Assembly: GCA_036499165.1 (NCBI GenBank)
Contig: DASYEE010000143.1
Location: forward strand, 16,450 to 80,449
DNA length: 64,000 nt
DNA from: Galbitalea sp.
Lineage (GTDB): Bacteria > Actinomycetota > Actinomycetes > Actinomycetales > Microbacteriaceae
Direction of reading: 5' to 3'
The position numbers and the translations under genes are program-made. This document shows, piece after piece, positions 9,240 through 18,771 of the stretch (the stretch's first letter is position 1; every line of letters starts with the position of its first letter). The notes below the pieces were generated by a model. The model had not been told where the DNA came from. It did not search any database and saw only the letters and a program-made list of their open reading frames with translations.

Positions 9240-10154
9240 ATGCGAACTTCATTCACTCTGAGCGACGAGGTCGCCGCGGCAATCGCAGCAGGTCTTCCGG
9301 TCGTCGCCCTCGAATCCACGATCATCAGCCATGGCCTCCCGCGCCCGCGCAACCACGAGGCGGCGCTGGACTTCGAGCAGCTGCTGCGTTCAGCCGGAGT
9401 GACGCCCGCGACGATCGCGGTGCTCGACGGTGTCCCTCAGATCGGGCTCACCTCGGAGGGCGTCCGCAGGATCGCCGATGAGGATCTCGCGAAGGCCAGT
9501 GTCCGCGACCTGCCGATCCTGGCGGCACGTGGCGCAAGCGGAGCGACCACGGTTGCCGCGACGGCCCACCTCGCAGCGCTTGCGGGCATCCGCGTATTCG
9601 CCACAGGCGGTCTTGGCGGGGTGCATCGCGGCGCCTCGAGCACGTTCGACGAGTCCGCCGACCTCTCCACGCTCGCGGTCACGCCCGTCACCGTCGTCTC
9701 CGCCGGAGTGAAGTCGGTGCTCGACATCGCAGCGACGCTCGAGCGACTCGAGACGCTCAGCGTCCCGGTGATCGGGTTCGGCACATCCGTCTTCCCGAGC
9801 TTTTGGCTGCGGGAGTCCGCGTACCCGCACGACTGGCGGGTCGAGTCGGCCGCCCAGGTCGCCGCGGTCATGCTGGCACAGGACGAACTCGGGCACGGCC
9901 AGGGCATCGTCGTTGCGAATCCCATCCCGATCGACCAGCAGTGGGATCCGGCGGAGCACGACCGGGTGCTGGATGAGGCGCTCGCGGCAGCGGCCGAAGC
10001 CGATGTGCACGGCAAGGCGGTCACGCCGTTCCTCCTCAGCTACATCGTCGGGGCATCCGATGGCAGAAGTCTCGAAGTGAATCTCGACCTGGCGCGCAAC
10101 AATGTAAGGGTGGCAGGCGAGATCGCAACCGAGTGGTCGAAGCTCAATGTCTGA
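9240..10154 (+). CDS. psuG: Pseudouridine-5'-phosphate glycosidase
   Basis: PVVALESTIISHGLP, GATTVAAT, FATGGLGGVHRG, DESADL, GKAVTPFLL. Confidence 0.95.
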   Translation: MRTSFTLSDEVAAAIAAGLPVVALESTIISHGLPRPRNHEAALDFEQLLRSAGVTPATIAVLDGVPQIGLTSEGVRRIADEDLAKASVRDLPILAARGASGATTVAATAHLAALAGIRVFATGGLGGVHRGASSTFDESADLSTLAVTPVTVVSAGVKSVLDIAATLERLETLSVPVIGFGTSVFPSFWLRESAYPHDWRVESAAQVAAVMLAQDELGHGQGIVVANPIPIDQQWDPAEHDRVLDEALAAAAEADVHGKAVTPFLLSYIVGASDGRSLEVNLDLARNNVRVAGEIATEWSKLNV

Positions 10155-11043
10155 TGGACCCCACCGCATAGTCGTGTTCGGTGATGTCATCGACGACATC
10201 ATCGCGACGCCGAGAGGTGCGATCCGAACCGACACCGACACCCCGTCGTCAATCGAGCGCCGCGCGGGTGGTTCGGCCGCGAACATGGCGACCTGGCTGG
10301 CGCGCGCCGGGGGTGACGTCGACTTTGTCGGCCGGGTCGGGGTCATGGATCTCGAACGGCACAGCCGCATCCTGAGCGACTCTGGAGTTCGCCCGATGCT
10401 GGCCGCCGACCACGTTTTGCCAACGGGAACCATCGTGATCATCGTGGATGGCGACCAGCGCACGATGCTCACGGAGCGAGGGGCGAACGCCGCCCTCGAG
10501 CCAGACGCCATCACCGACCAGGTGCTCGAGGGTGCGAGCGCTGTGCACTTCACCGGCTACAGCCTGTTCCATCGTGACGAAGTCTCCGGCTTCCAGCGCC
10601 TCGTCAAGCGCGCCCGCTCGCATCGCGTGAAGGTGTCCGTGGATGCGGGGTCGGCCGGCTTCCTGGCGGACTTCGGGCCCGAACGGTTCCTCGACTGTGT
10701 CGCGGGCGCATCCATCCTCTTCCCGAACCTCGACGAGGGCCGCGTGCTCACGGGGCTCGAAGATCCGAAGGATGTCGTGGCCGCGCTGGCCACCCGCTTC
10801 CCGACGGTCGCGCTGACGCTCGGCACTGCTGGCGTCCTCGTCGCGGATGCCGGCGCACCGCCGGTGTTCGTGGAGGCGCGGCTGGGAAACACCGTGGACC
10901 CGACGGGCGCGGGCGACGCGTTCTGCGCAGGCTTCCTGCGCGAGTGGATCGCGTCGGAAGATCTGCATGCGGCCGCCATCGCGGGGTCGGAGCTCGCGGC
11001 AGAGGCCGTCACCATCGTCGGCGGCCGCCCGCGTCACCCCTAG
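10147..11043 (+). CDS. PfkB family kinase, probably pseudouridine kinase
   Basis: GGSAANMA and DPTGAGDAF PfkB signatures; coupled to psuG. Confidence 0.88.
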   Translation: MSDGPHRIVVFGDVIDDIIATPRGAIRTDTDTPSSIERRAGGSAANMATWLARAGGDVDFVGRVGVMDLERHSRILSDSGVRPMLAADHVLPTGTIVIIVDGDQRTMLTERGANAALEPDAITDQVLEGASAVHFTGYSLFHRDEVSGFQRLVKRARSHRVKVSVDAGSAGFLADFGPERFLDCVAGASILFPNLDEGRVLTGLEDPKDVVAALATRFPTVALTLGTAGVLVADAGAPPVFVEARLGNTVDPTGAGDAFCAGFLREWIASEDLHAAAIAGSELAAEAVTIVGGRPRHP

Positions 11044-11506
11044 CGCGATGGTCGAGTAGCCGCGCGAAGCCGGCGTTATCGAGGCCAACGCTACGTCGTG
11101 GGGTTGGTCTCGATTGCGGAGGCTCCTGCGTCGCGCTCCTACTCGACCGGCGGGGTACCCGACCTGATGGTGTCGTATGCGGCGGTCGCCCGCGTCACCC
11201 CTAGCGCGATGGTCGAGTAGCCGCGCGAAGCCGGCGTTATCGAGGCCAACGCTACGTCGTGGGGTTGGTCTCGATTACGGAGGCTCCTGCGTCGCGCTCC
11301 TACTCGACCGGCGGGGTAGGCGACCTGATGGTTTCGTATTCGGCGGTCGCCCGCGTCACCCTTAGCGCGATGGTCGAGTAGCCGCGCGAAGCCGGCGTTA
11401 TCGAGACCAACGCTACGTCGTGGGGTTGGTCTCGATTACGGAGGCTCCTGCGTCGCGCTCCTACTCGACCGGCGGGGTACCCGACCTCATGGTGTCGTAG
11501 GCGGCG
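11019..11506. repeat. Three tandem 161-bp units, each containing an inverted REP pair plus the 3' ends of both flanking genes
   Basis: Units start at 11019, 11180, 11341; GGTCGAGTAG...TATCGAG(A/G)CC...GGTCTCGAT...CTACTCGACC. Confidence 0.95.
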
Positions 11507-12831
11507 AGCGCCGCCCGGCGACTCTCGGCCAGGTCGACGATCGGCTGCGGTGCCAGCTCGTCGGCGGGCAGCCAGCGCGCCCGATACTCCCCGTCCGGGT
11601 CGAACTTGGCCGCCTGCAGCTCGGGGTTGAACACGCGGAAGTATGGTGCGGCATCCGCGCCGCTCCCCGCCACCCACTGCCAGTTGCCCGGATTATTCGC
11701 CTCGTCCGCATCCACGAGCGTGTCCCAGAACCACTGCTCACCGATGCGCCAGTCGACCAGGAGGTTCTTCACGAGAAAGCTCGCGGCGACCAGGCGCACG
11801 CGGTTGTGCATGTACCCGCTTGTCCAGAGCTCGCGCATCCCGGCATCCACGAGCGGGATGCCCGTCTCGCCGCTCTTCCACGCATCGAGTTTCGCCGGGT
11901 CCGGCTCCGCCCACGGGAAGTCGTCGAACTCCGGGCGGATGTTCGTCGTCGCGACCGCAGGGGAGTGGAACAGGATGTTCCAGTTGAACTCGCGCCACAC
12001 CAGCTGCCGCAGGAACGCCCCGACGTTCGTCCGGGCTCTCGCGTCGAGTTTGCCGTGCAGCCGGTGCCAGACGTGGAACGGGCTGACCTCGCCGAACCGC
12101 AGGTGCGGGCTGAGATATGACGTCGCCCGGGCGGCTGGCTCGTCGCGCCGACCGTAGTCGGCGAGGTGGGTAGTTGCGAACTCTTCGAGCATGCGATGCC
12201 CGGATGCCTCCCCCGGCTGCCAGCGCTCGGCGAGACCGCCTGCCCAATCCGGTTTCGTCGGCAGCAGCCCCCAGTCTTCGAGGCGATCACTGGCCGGGAG
12301 CACGCCCGGGCTCTCGAGATGGACGGGTGCCGCCAGCGGCACACGAGGACTCTCGCGCTCGAGGCACGCCTTCCAGAACGGCGTGAACACCTTGTATGGC
12401 TTGCCCTCGCCGGTCGTGACCGTCCACGGCTCGAACATCAGGCTGGCCTGAAAGCTGTGCACGTCGAGGCCACGCTCCCGCAGAGAGTGCTTCAGGTCGG
12501 CATCCCTGTCGCGCGCGGCCGTGTAGCGACGGTTCCAGTAGATCGCGCCAGCGCCGATCTCGTCGGCGAGGCTCGTGATCTCGCCCGGCGCGTTCCCGCT
12601 CCGCAGGGTCAGCGCCGCGCCGATGGCCTCGAGGTCGCCGGCAAGGGACGCGAGACTGTGGTGCAGCCACCATCGGCTGGCGCCGCCCAGCGGACGAGAG
12701 CCATCCGATCCGTCGTCGAGAACGTAGACGACCACCACCGGCCCCCCGCGACGCGCGGCGGCATCGAGCGCCGGGTTATCTGCCACTCTCAGGTCGTCGC
12801 GGAGCCAGACGATGGCGGGTCGGGATTCCAT
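11461..12831 (-). CDS. phrB: Class I CPD DNA photolyase
   Basis: WLRDDLRVADNPAL, TSYLSPHLRFGEVS, GYMHNRVR, GNWQWVAGSGADAAPYFRVFNP. Confidence 0.95.
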   Translation of the reverse strand: MESRPAIVWLRDDLRVADNPALDAAARRGGPVVVVYVLDDGSDGSRPLGGASRWWLHHSLASLAGDLEAIGAALTLRSGNAPGEITSLADEIGAGAIYWNRRYTAARDRDADLKHSLRERGLDVHSFQASLMFEPWTVTTGEGKPYKVFTPFWKACLERESPRVPLAAPVHLESPGVLPASDRLEDWGLLPTKPDWAGGLAERWQPGEASGHRMLEEFATTHLADYGRRDEPAARATSYLSPHLRFGEVSPFHVWHRLHGKLDARARTNVGAFLRQLVWREFNWNILFHSPAVATTNIRPEFDDFPWAEPDPAKLDAWKSGETGIPLVDAGMRELWTSGYMHNRVRLVAASFLVKNLLVDWRIGEQWFWDTLVDADEANNPGNWQWVAGSGADAAPYFRVFNPELQAAKFDPDGEYRARWLPADELAPQPIVDLAESRRAALAAYDTMRSGTPPVE

Positions 12832-12892
12832 CCCTCCACACTATGAGCGTCCCGGGCCGGACGATGGCTATTGTTAGCCTTAACGGGGAGAC

Positions 12893-13783
12893 ATGGAGAC
12901 GACCGAAGACGAGGAGCCGCGCTCGCGCGATCTACTGATTCGCGAGAGCAAGGACCATATTGCCATTGATGTGATCGAGCTGTGCCGCCAGCTCAGCATC
13001 CGCGCGATGCTCGGTGGTGGTCCCGTCCTCATCAGCCATGGACTCATGTCGCCGGCGGTCGGGCGTTTCGTGTCGATCCTCGTCGATCCCGCATCCATCC
13101 GGCACCTGCATCGCACCCTGGTCGAGCGTGGCTGGACGGATGTCGCCCCCGCTCGCCGCCTGCGGGTCCTGCCCTCCGCGCGCCTGATTCTCCGCCACGA
13201 CGATGAGGCTGCCGGCCTGATCCTGTATTCGGTCATCCCCGGTTTCTATGCCGACCCGGAGGAGACGTTCGACCTCATTTGGGAGCGTCACAAGGAGATC
13301 CGGCTGCGGGGCCAGACGATTCGCGCGCTCGGCAGGATCTCGTCGGCGATTCTGGCCAGCCATGACGGACTCGATGGTCACGTGTCGCACCAGCGCAGCA
13401 ACTTCGACTACTTCGTGCAGCAGTTCAGGGTGCTGCTCGACGAACGTGAGCGCGCCGTGCTCGGCGACTTCATCAGGCAGATCGGTGCGTGCGCTGAGAT
13501 GGCCCACCTGCTCAGCGCGCTCGATCTGAAGCCGTGCGGCTTCGTGCTGCCTTCTGTGCCGTATGTGCAGTGGCGCCTTCAGGTGACGGATGTCTCGGAG
13601 CAGCTGCAGCGCGCGGTCGCGCTCCTCGAGCTGGCACCCCACGGTCGCCAGTCGCTCTACGACAGCAAGTCGGGTCGTCCGCGCAGTGCCCACGACTATC
13701 GCGTGATTGTCACGTCGCTGCCCCGCACTTTCGCCGCCGTATTCGGTTCACGCAGGCGCTGGCGCCGCACCTTCAGCGCCTAG
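12893..13783 (+). CDS. Hypothetical protein (possibly divergent nucleotidyltransferase-like)
   Basis: RBS GGGGAG; 296-aa ORF; no intact motif recognised. Confidence 0.55.
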   Translation: METTEDEEPRSRDLLIRESKDHIAIDVIELCRQLSIRAMLGGGPVLISHGLMSPAVGRFVSILVDPASIRHLHRTLVERGWTDVAPARRLRVLPSARLILRHDDEAAGLILYSVIPGFYADPEETFDLIWERHKEIRLRGQTIRALGRISSAILASHDGLDGHVSHQRSNFDYFVQQFRVLLDERERAVLGDFIRQIGACAEMAHLLSALDLKPCGFVLPSVPYVQWRLQVTDVSEQLQRAVALLELAPHGRQSLYDSKSGRPRSAHDYRVIVTSLPRTFAAVFGSRRRWRRTFSA

Positions 13784-14238
13784 CGCCGGCCCGACTCGTC
13801 GCCGATGCTTGTACGAAGGGCGTCCGTGAGTTTGGTGAGCGCGTGCAGCTGGTCGTTCGTCAGGGCACCGCCCACGTGTCGGGTGATCGACTCCGCATGG
13901 GCAACGGCCACCTTGCGGAACAGCGAGTAGCCATCGTCGGTCAGGCAGACGAATGTGCCTCGACCGTCGATGGGGTCGCTCTCTTTGCTGACGAGTCCGC
14001 GGGTGACGAGCCGGTCGACCATGCGACTGACGCTCGGCTGGGTGAGCAGCAGGTGTTTGTTGAGATCCCGGATTCGCAACCGACGACCATCCTGTTTCGA
14101 CAGGTTGAAGAGCACGTCGTATTCGTTGAACGAGAGCTCGTCGCTCGGAAACTCGCGATTGAGCTCACGGATGACGGTGACCTGGGCGCGAAACAGCGAC
14201 TCCCAGGCGTTGATCGCAGCGGTTGAGCGGTCGTTCAC
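13780..14238 (-). CDS. MarR family transcriptional regulator (leaderless)
   Basis: LSFNEYDVL, LTQPSVSRMVDRL, DPIDGRG; TAGAGT -10 six nt before GTG. Confidence 0.92.
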   Translation of the reverse strand: MNDRSTAAINAWESLFRAQVTVIRELNREFPSDELSFNEYDVLFNLSKQDGRRLRIRDLNKHLLLTQPSVSRMVDRLVTRGLVSKESDPIDGRGTFVCLTDDGYSLFRKVAVAHAESITRHVGGALTNDQLHALTKLTDALRTSIGDESGRR

Positions 14239-14319
14239 GCTCTAACTCTATTGAGAACGGCTGACTTTTCGTCATCGACCCGTCAGGCGAATGCCTCGAT
14301 AACAAGAATGCCCCGTTAA

Positions 14320-14427
14320 ACAGGATTGAGGGTCGGCTTCAGAGGCTAGAAGCCGACCCTCTCCCTTGCACCAAGAGTGTCCTGCAATCACATTCCGCAG
14401 AAGCTGCCACAGCAAACAACTTCTGCT
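14320..14427 (-). ncRNA. Candidate small RNA (~105 nt, three hairpins)
   Basis: Own sigma-A promoter; 5' hairpin GCAGAAGUUG/CAGCUUCUGC, UUGCA/UGCAA hairpin, 13-bp terminal hairpin 14328-14361; no ORF. Confidence 0.65.
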
Positions 14428-14433
14428 GGTATG

Positions 14434-14462
14434 AATATATAACGAGAAGGTAACGGCGTCTA
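14434..14462 (-). promoter_or_regulatory. Sigma-A promoter TAGACG-17-TATATT with a GTTAC-N6-GTTAT repeat in the spacer
   Basis: Direct reading of the minus strand. Confidence 0.75.
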
Positions 14463-14538
14463 GTTACCGAAACGTTATTTTTCTGCGAGTTTCATAAGAG
14501 GGGCTCTGAGGCGCGAGAAATAGCGCTCGCCGGCGGCA

Positions 14539-15492
14539 TCAGAGGCTGTTCGGGTCCAGGTTCAGAGTCGTTCCCTCGTAGAGGAATTGCTGCGCACCGA
14601 ACACCTCGAGGTTGGCGTTCAGCCAGATCAGGTCTTTGACGGAGATCTTGAAGCGCTGCGCGACCAGGGCCGTGACATCTCCCGGCGCAACCAGGTAGCG
14701 CTTGGGAGCGCCTGTCGTCGTCTTTGCCGTGACCTTGCCAGCGGCGTTTGCCCGGGCACCGGCGTCGCTCGGATGCACATTCGTCTTGCGGAGTGGTATC
14801 GACCAGTGCACAGAATTCACCGCAAGCACTTTGTTCGGCCCGAGTTCGACAGGAACGCCGGTGGCGGATGTCGCAGAAGAGTATGTGACGAGTGTGCCGA
14901 GATACAGCGGCGGCCCCTGCGAGTGGAGCGCGGCCGATGAGCTCGGTGCCGCCGATGTGGTCGGGCCGCCGAGCTGATGGTCGCCGATTCCGTGGTAGGT
15001 CAGCCCGTCTCCGACTCGCGGCGCTGCCTGCAGCAGGGTGACGGAGATCGGTACAGGAACCGTCGATGTGAAGCCGGAGTAACGGGCAGAGAACGTGTTG
15101 TCGCCATTCGCGACCATCGAGTAGTGGAAGTGGATGCTGCCCTTTGGTGATGCAACATCGCCCGCGGCGACTACGGTGCCGGCGGGAATGGCGATAATCG
15201 TCGGATTCGGAAACTGTGGACTCACAGGCCCTGGTGTGGCGCGATGTGAGATGGCCGGATTCGGGGTCGCGGTGGGCGTCGTAGTCGCCGGCGGTGCTGT
15301 CGGGTCACTCGTCGCGGTGTAATCCGGTTTCTGCGTGGGAGCAACGTGCGCACTCGTCTGCTTGGGGATGTGAAAGCATCCGGCAAGCGCAACGGTGATC
15401 GCCCCGGCGACGCCGACCGCGACCAGCCTGCGGATCCACGGCCTCCGGCGTTTCGACCCGCCAGGTCGTCCGGCAACCCGGCTCTGCAACAT
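14539..15492 (-). CDS. Lipoprotein with C-terminal LysM domain
   Basis: Lipobox LAGC, Pro/Thr linker, YLVAPGD..VAQRFKISVKDLIWLN..LYEGTTLNL. Confidence 0.75.
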   Translation of the reverse strand: MLQSRVAGRPGGSKRRRPWIRRLVAVGVAGAITVALAGCFHIPKQTSAHVAPTQKPDYTATSDPTAPPATTTPTATPNPAISHRATPGPVSPQFPNPTIIAIPAGTVVAAGDVASPKGSIHFHYSMVANGDNTFSARYSGFTSTVPVPISVTLLQAAPRVGDGLTYHGIGDHQLGGPTTSAAPSSSAALHSQGPPLYLGTLVTYSSATSATGVPVELGPNKVLAVNSVHWSIPLRKTNVHPSDAGARANAAGKVTAKTTTGAPKRYLVAPGDVTALVAQRFKISVKDLIWLNANLEVFGAQQFLYEGTTLNLDPNSL

Positions 15493-15537
15493 TTGTCCAC
15501 CCGTGCGTTCTTGCGCTGACTAATCGTCAACACCCAG

Positions 15538-16263
15538 TTAGTTCACGTAAGGGTACCAGTCGTCGATTACCGCCATGAATTCATCGAAATGGCCGTACCA
15601 GACCGAGTGCGAAGCGCCGGGGATGTCGCGAACTTCCAGTCCGCGGGCGCGCAGCACTGCGGCATCCTCATCGGAGACGTAGCCGCTGGGGCTCGGCCGA
15701 ACCATCAGGGATGCCGGGGGAGCGGATGGCGTCCAGTCGCCGCCGGGACCAGCCGCAAGTCCCGCCGCCGTCTCGATGTCGAACTGTGTTGCGGCAAGGG
15801 CTTCGACGCGGCAATCCTCGTCGGAGTAGCTTGGCCGGTCGCGGCGCAGCGCCTCGAAGGTGCGGCCTGCGCGCGACGCGATGTACTCGGCGCGCGTCTC
15901 GTCGCGATCCCAGCCGCCGCGACTCGAGGTGGGTGCATCGACGTAGATCGCGCTCTCCGGCGACAACGCGGCAATCGCGGCGGCGAGAACGCTGCCGCCA
16001 TAGGAGTGCCCCATCGCAACGGTTGGAGCTGCGGCGCCAAGTGCGGTCGCAGTCTCGACGACTGAGGCTGCAGCCCGTGCGATGGTCAGGTTTGGATCGG
16101 CCGCGGACAGCCCATGACCCGGCAGGTCGAGTGCAATGACACGGTACCCGCGCGCCGCGATGACTGGCGCCACCCGTCGCCAGCTCTCACCGGAGCCCAT
16201 CATCCCGTGCAGCAGCAGCGCTACTGCCCGGCCGTTGCCCCACTGTCTGTCGTGCAGTCGCAT
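15538..16263 (-). CDS. Alpha/beta hydrolase
   Basis: LLHGMMGS, DLPGHG, GHSYGG nucleophile elbow, GASH; start MRLHDRQWG. Confidence 0.88.
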   Translation of the reverse strand: MRLHDRQWGNGRAVALLLHGMMGSGESWRRVAPVIAARGYRVIALDLPGHGLSAADPNLTIARAAASVVETATALGAAAPTVAMGHSYGGSVLAAAIAALSPESAIYVDAPTSSRGGWDRDETRAEYIASRAGRTFEALRRDRPSYSDEDCRVEALAATQFDIETAAGLAAGPGGDWTPSAPPASLMVRPSPSGYVSDEDAAVLRARGLEVRDIPGASHSVWYGHFDEFMAVIDDWYPYVN

Positions 16264-16292
16264 CCGCCCAGCCAACCACAGGCGGGCATCGC

Positions 16293-16949
16293 TCAGCGCG
16301 ACCCGGCGGGCGGCCGCGGCTCGTCGCCGTCGACCGGAGGCGAGGGACGCATGCGCACCACGCGCTCCTGGAGGTACGAGAGGATGAGCGCGCTCGCCGT
16401 GCCGATGATGACCAGGCCACCGCTCATCAGCACGACCGCGAGCACCCGGCCGAGCACCGTGACCGGGGCGTAGTCGCCATAGCCAACCGTCGCAATCGTC
16501 ACACACGCCCACCACACGGCGTCGCCGAGCGAGACGATCGTCGCGTGCGGGGCGTGACGCTCGAGTGCCAGTTCCGTGAGCCCGATCACGTAGATGAAGA
16601 GCACGGCGAATGCTCCGACACGGGTCGCGATCCGCGACCGCAGCGCATTGCCCCCGTTGCCGCGAAACCCCGGCACTTTTCTGAGCTCGCGCAGGAGCAC
16701 GAAAGCACCGAGCAGTGGAAGGATCGCGGCTGCCAGGCTGAACCGGTTGGTTCGAGTGAAGCTGGCTCTCGAGCCATGCGGGGCTCGAACGAGCTGAATG
16801 CAAAAGTCGACGATGAGGAACAGCCAGCAGGCGAACAGCACGACGACGAGGATGACGGCCACTGGCCGATTGTGCCCGCCGAGCAGCACGATCACCGAGT
16901 ACGCCGCAAGAAACACGACCGAGAGGACGGGAAGAACGCGCTCACGCAC
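16293..16949 (-). CDS. Potassium channel family protein
   Basis: WWACVTIATVGYGD selectivity filter. Confidence 0.9.
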   Translation of the reverse strand: MRERVLPVLSVVFLAAYSVIVLLGGHNRPVAVILVVVLFACWLFLIVDFCIQLVRAPHGSRASFTRTNRFSLAAAILPLLGAFVLLRELRKVPGFRGNGGNALRSRIATRVGAFAVLFIYVIGLTELALERHAPHATIVSLGDAVWWACVTIATVGYGDYAPVTVLGRVLAVVLMSGGLVIIGTASALILSYLQERVVRMRPSPPVDGDEPRPPAGSR

Positions 16950-18213
16950 CGGGCGCCCCGCCCGTCTGAACGATCATCTTCGGCGCACGGGAGACCATGA
17001 GCCAGATGGGGAGGATGGTGACGCAGAGGAGCGGGAGTGCCGTGAGGCTTCCCGTCACGACAACCGCGATGAACAGCGCGACCCAGCCGTCTCGCGAAAC
17101 GGCGAGCACCACGCCGAGAATCCCCGATGCCACCGCGAGCGGCAGCGGGATGCCAGGGACGATGGCGTTCGCCAGGATCCCGATCGCCGCTCCGATGAAC
17201 ACGGACGGAAAGATTCGACCGCCGCGGAATCCAGCCGCCGCAGCAATCACGAGCGCGATGACCTTGATGACGATGATCAGTGCCAGTTGCCCCGGGTCGT
17301 AGTCGTGTCGATTGACGACAAGCTCGCCCATCTGCGCGAGTCCCTTGAACAGCGTGATGGGGCCGCCGATCACGCCGAGGACTCCGAGCAGGATCCCGCC
17401 AGCCGTGACGTAGATCGCGGGATTGCGCAGCAGCCTGAAGCTTCGATGCACGGAAGGGAACACCCAGGCGGCGAGTATCCCGATGCCAGTCGCGACGGCG
17501 GCGATGACGATGCTGCTCACCAGGTCGATCGGCTCGACATGGTCGTACGTGCCGACATGGATCGAGAACACCGGATGCGAGAGGATCGTCGTCGTGATCG
17601 ATCCGGCCCCTGCGGCCACGAGTGGCAGGAACAGCCGGTCCCACAGCGCGCCGCCCTGTGGACTGCTTCCCACCATGCCGGTGAGCACGAGTGCCGCAGC
17701 GACCGGTGTGCCGAACATCGCGCCGAGGGTTGCGGCGGCCGTGATCATGACCACGAGCGCCGTCGGTACTCGTGGCCACAACTTCGCCAGAAGCGCGACG
17801 AGGATCCCGGTGTTGATCGCGATGATCGGGTTCTCGGGGCCGAGGCTCACGCCGCCCGCCAGCGCGAGGACGGTGACGAGCGCGAGCGAGGGCAGTGCAA
17901 GCGGTCGCAGCGGAGGCGCACTCAGTTCGGTCGTTGCAGAGTCGGTCCCCCCGTGTCCCGGCAACAGCCAGACGGCGAGGCCAACGGCCAGCCCCGTAAC
18001 GCTCAGCACACCGAAGATCCAGCCCGGCGCATCCGGGTCGATTCCGAGCGAGTATGGCAGCGCGACCCACTCACCGTGCTGGAGGAGACCCGCCACCTCG
18101 TCGAGCGCAAAGAGCACGAGGGCCGACACCGCGCCGATCAATACGGAGGGAATCGAGAGAACTGCGAGGCTCCGGATCGTCGGCGCGAGGTTCACCCCGC
18201 TCGATTCAGACAT
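16942..18213 (-). CDS. ClC-like ion channel protein (YfeO-like)
   Basis: GVSLGPENP, GFRGGRIFP, many TM helices. Confidence 0.85.
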   Translation of the reverse strand: MSESSGVNLAPTIRSLAVLSIPSVLIGAVSALVLFALDEVAGLLQHGEWVALPYSLGIDPDAPGWIFGVLSVTGLAVGLAVWLLPGHGGTDSATTELSAPPLRPLALPSLALVTVLALAGGVSLGPENPIIAINTGILVALLAKLWPRVPTALVVMITAAATLGAMFGTPVAAALVLTGMVGSSPQGGALWDRLFLPLVAAGAGSITTTILSHPVFSIHVGTYDHVEPIDLVSSIVIAAVATGIGILAAWVFPSVHRSFRLLRNPAIYVTAGGILLGVLGVIGGPITLFKGLAQMGELVVNRHDYDPGQLALIIVIKVIALVIAAAAGFRGGRIFPSVFIGAAIGILANAIVPGIPLPLAVASGILGVVLAVSRDGWVALFIAVVVTGSLTALPLLCVTILPIWLMVSRAPKMIVQTGGAPGA

Positions 18214-18345
18214 TGCGGAACCCGCAGAGTGTGAGGCCGATCACGCTGTGCCTTTCGCCGTGAATACCCGACCCCCACTGTGGGCCGAGCTAATTCACGG
18301 GCACCTCACCCTTCCGGGGTGAGTGCCAAGGCTGGCGGTCGCGCG

Positions 18346-18729
18346 CTAGTCGTTCGCGATGCTGCGCGCCAGGTTCCCCGACGACTGCAGGGCGCTCACC
18401 AATTGCGAGTACGTGGTGTTGAAAGCATTGTTGGCGATGTTGGCGCCGATCGCACCTCCGCGCAGTGCGCCGCCCGTGAGGTTGCGGTTGAACCGGGCGA
18501 TGAGAGAGCCGTCGGACGCAGAGTAGAACGCGACCTCGAACGTCACGCGGAAACTCTTGCCTGCCAGGCCTCCCAGCCAGAAGGTCTTGGCCGCGCTGCC
18601 TCGAGATGCAACCCAATTATTGTCCGGGCGGGCCTGAACGGTGAACCCGTTCTTCTCGAAGGCCGTGCCGAGCTGTCGCTGAGCCTCCTCGTGGTCTCCG
18701 GAGAAAAACAGGTCGTAACTGGTGGCCAC
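18346..18729 (-). CDS. Hypothetical protein
   Basis: 127-aa ORF with typical codon usage; AAGG RBS. Confidence 0.6.
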   Translation of the reverse strand: MATSYDLFFSGDHEEAQRQLGTAFEKNGFTVQARPDNNWVASRGSAAKTFWLGGLAGKSFRVTFEVAFYSASDGSLIARFNRNLTGGALRGGAIGANIANNAFNTTYSQLVSALQSSGNLARSIAND

Positions 18730-18771
18730 GGACGGTGCCTTTCGGGACGGGCGATTACGACGGTCTAACGG

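Noticed and set aside
11019-11506. Possible CRISPR array
   Set aside because: Whole 161-bp units are near-identical, with no unique spacers and no cas genes; this is a REP-containing tandem triplication
16798-18234. Long antisense or alternative-frame ORFs (also 2220-3839, 20972-22672, 31648-33117, 33032-34471, 43317-44690)
   Set aside because: Shadow ORFs typical of high-GC DNA, overlapping well-supported genes, Arg/Pro/Ala-rich and without motifs
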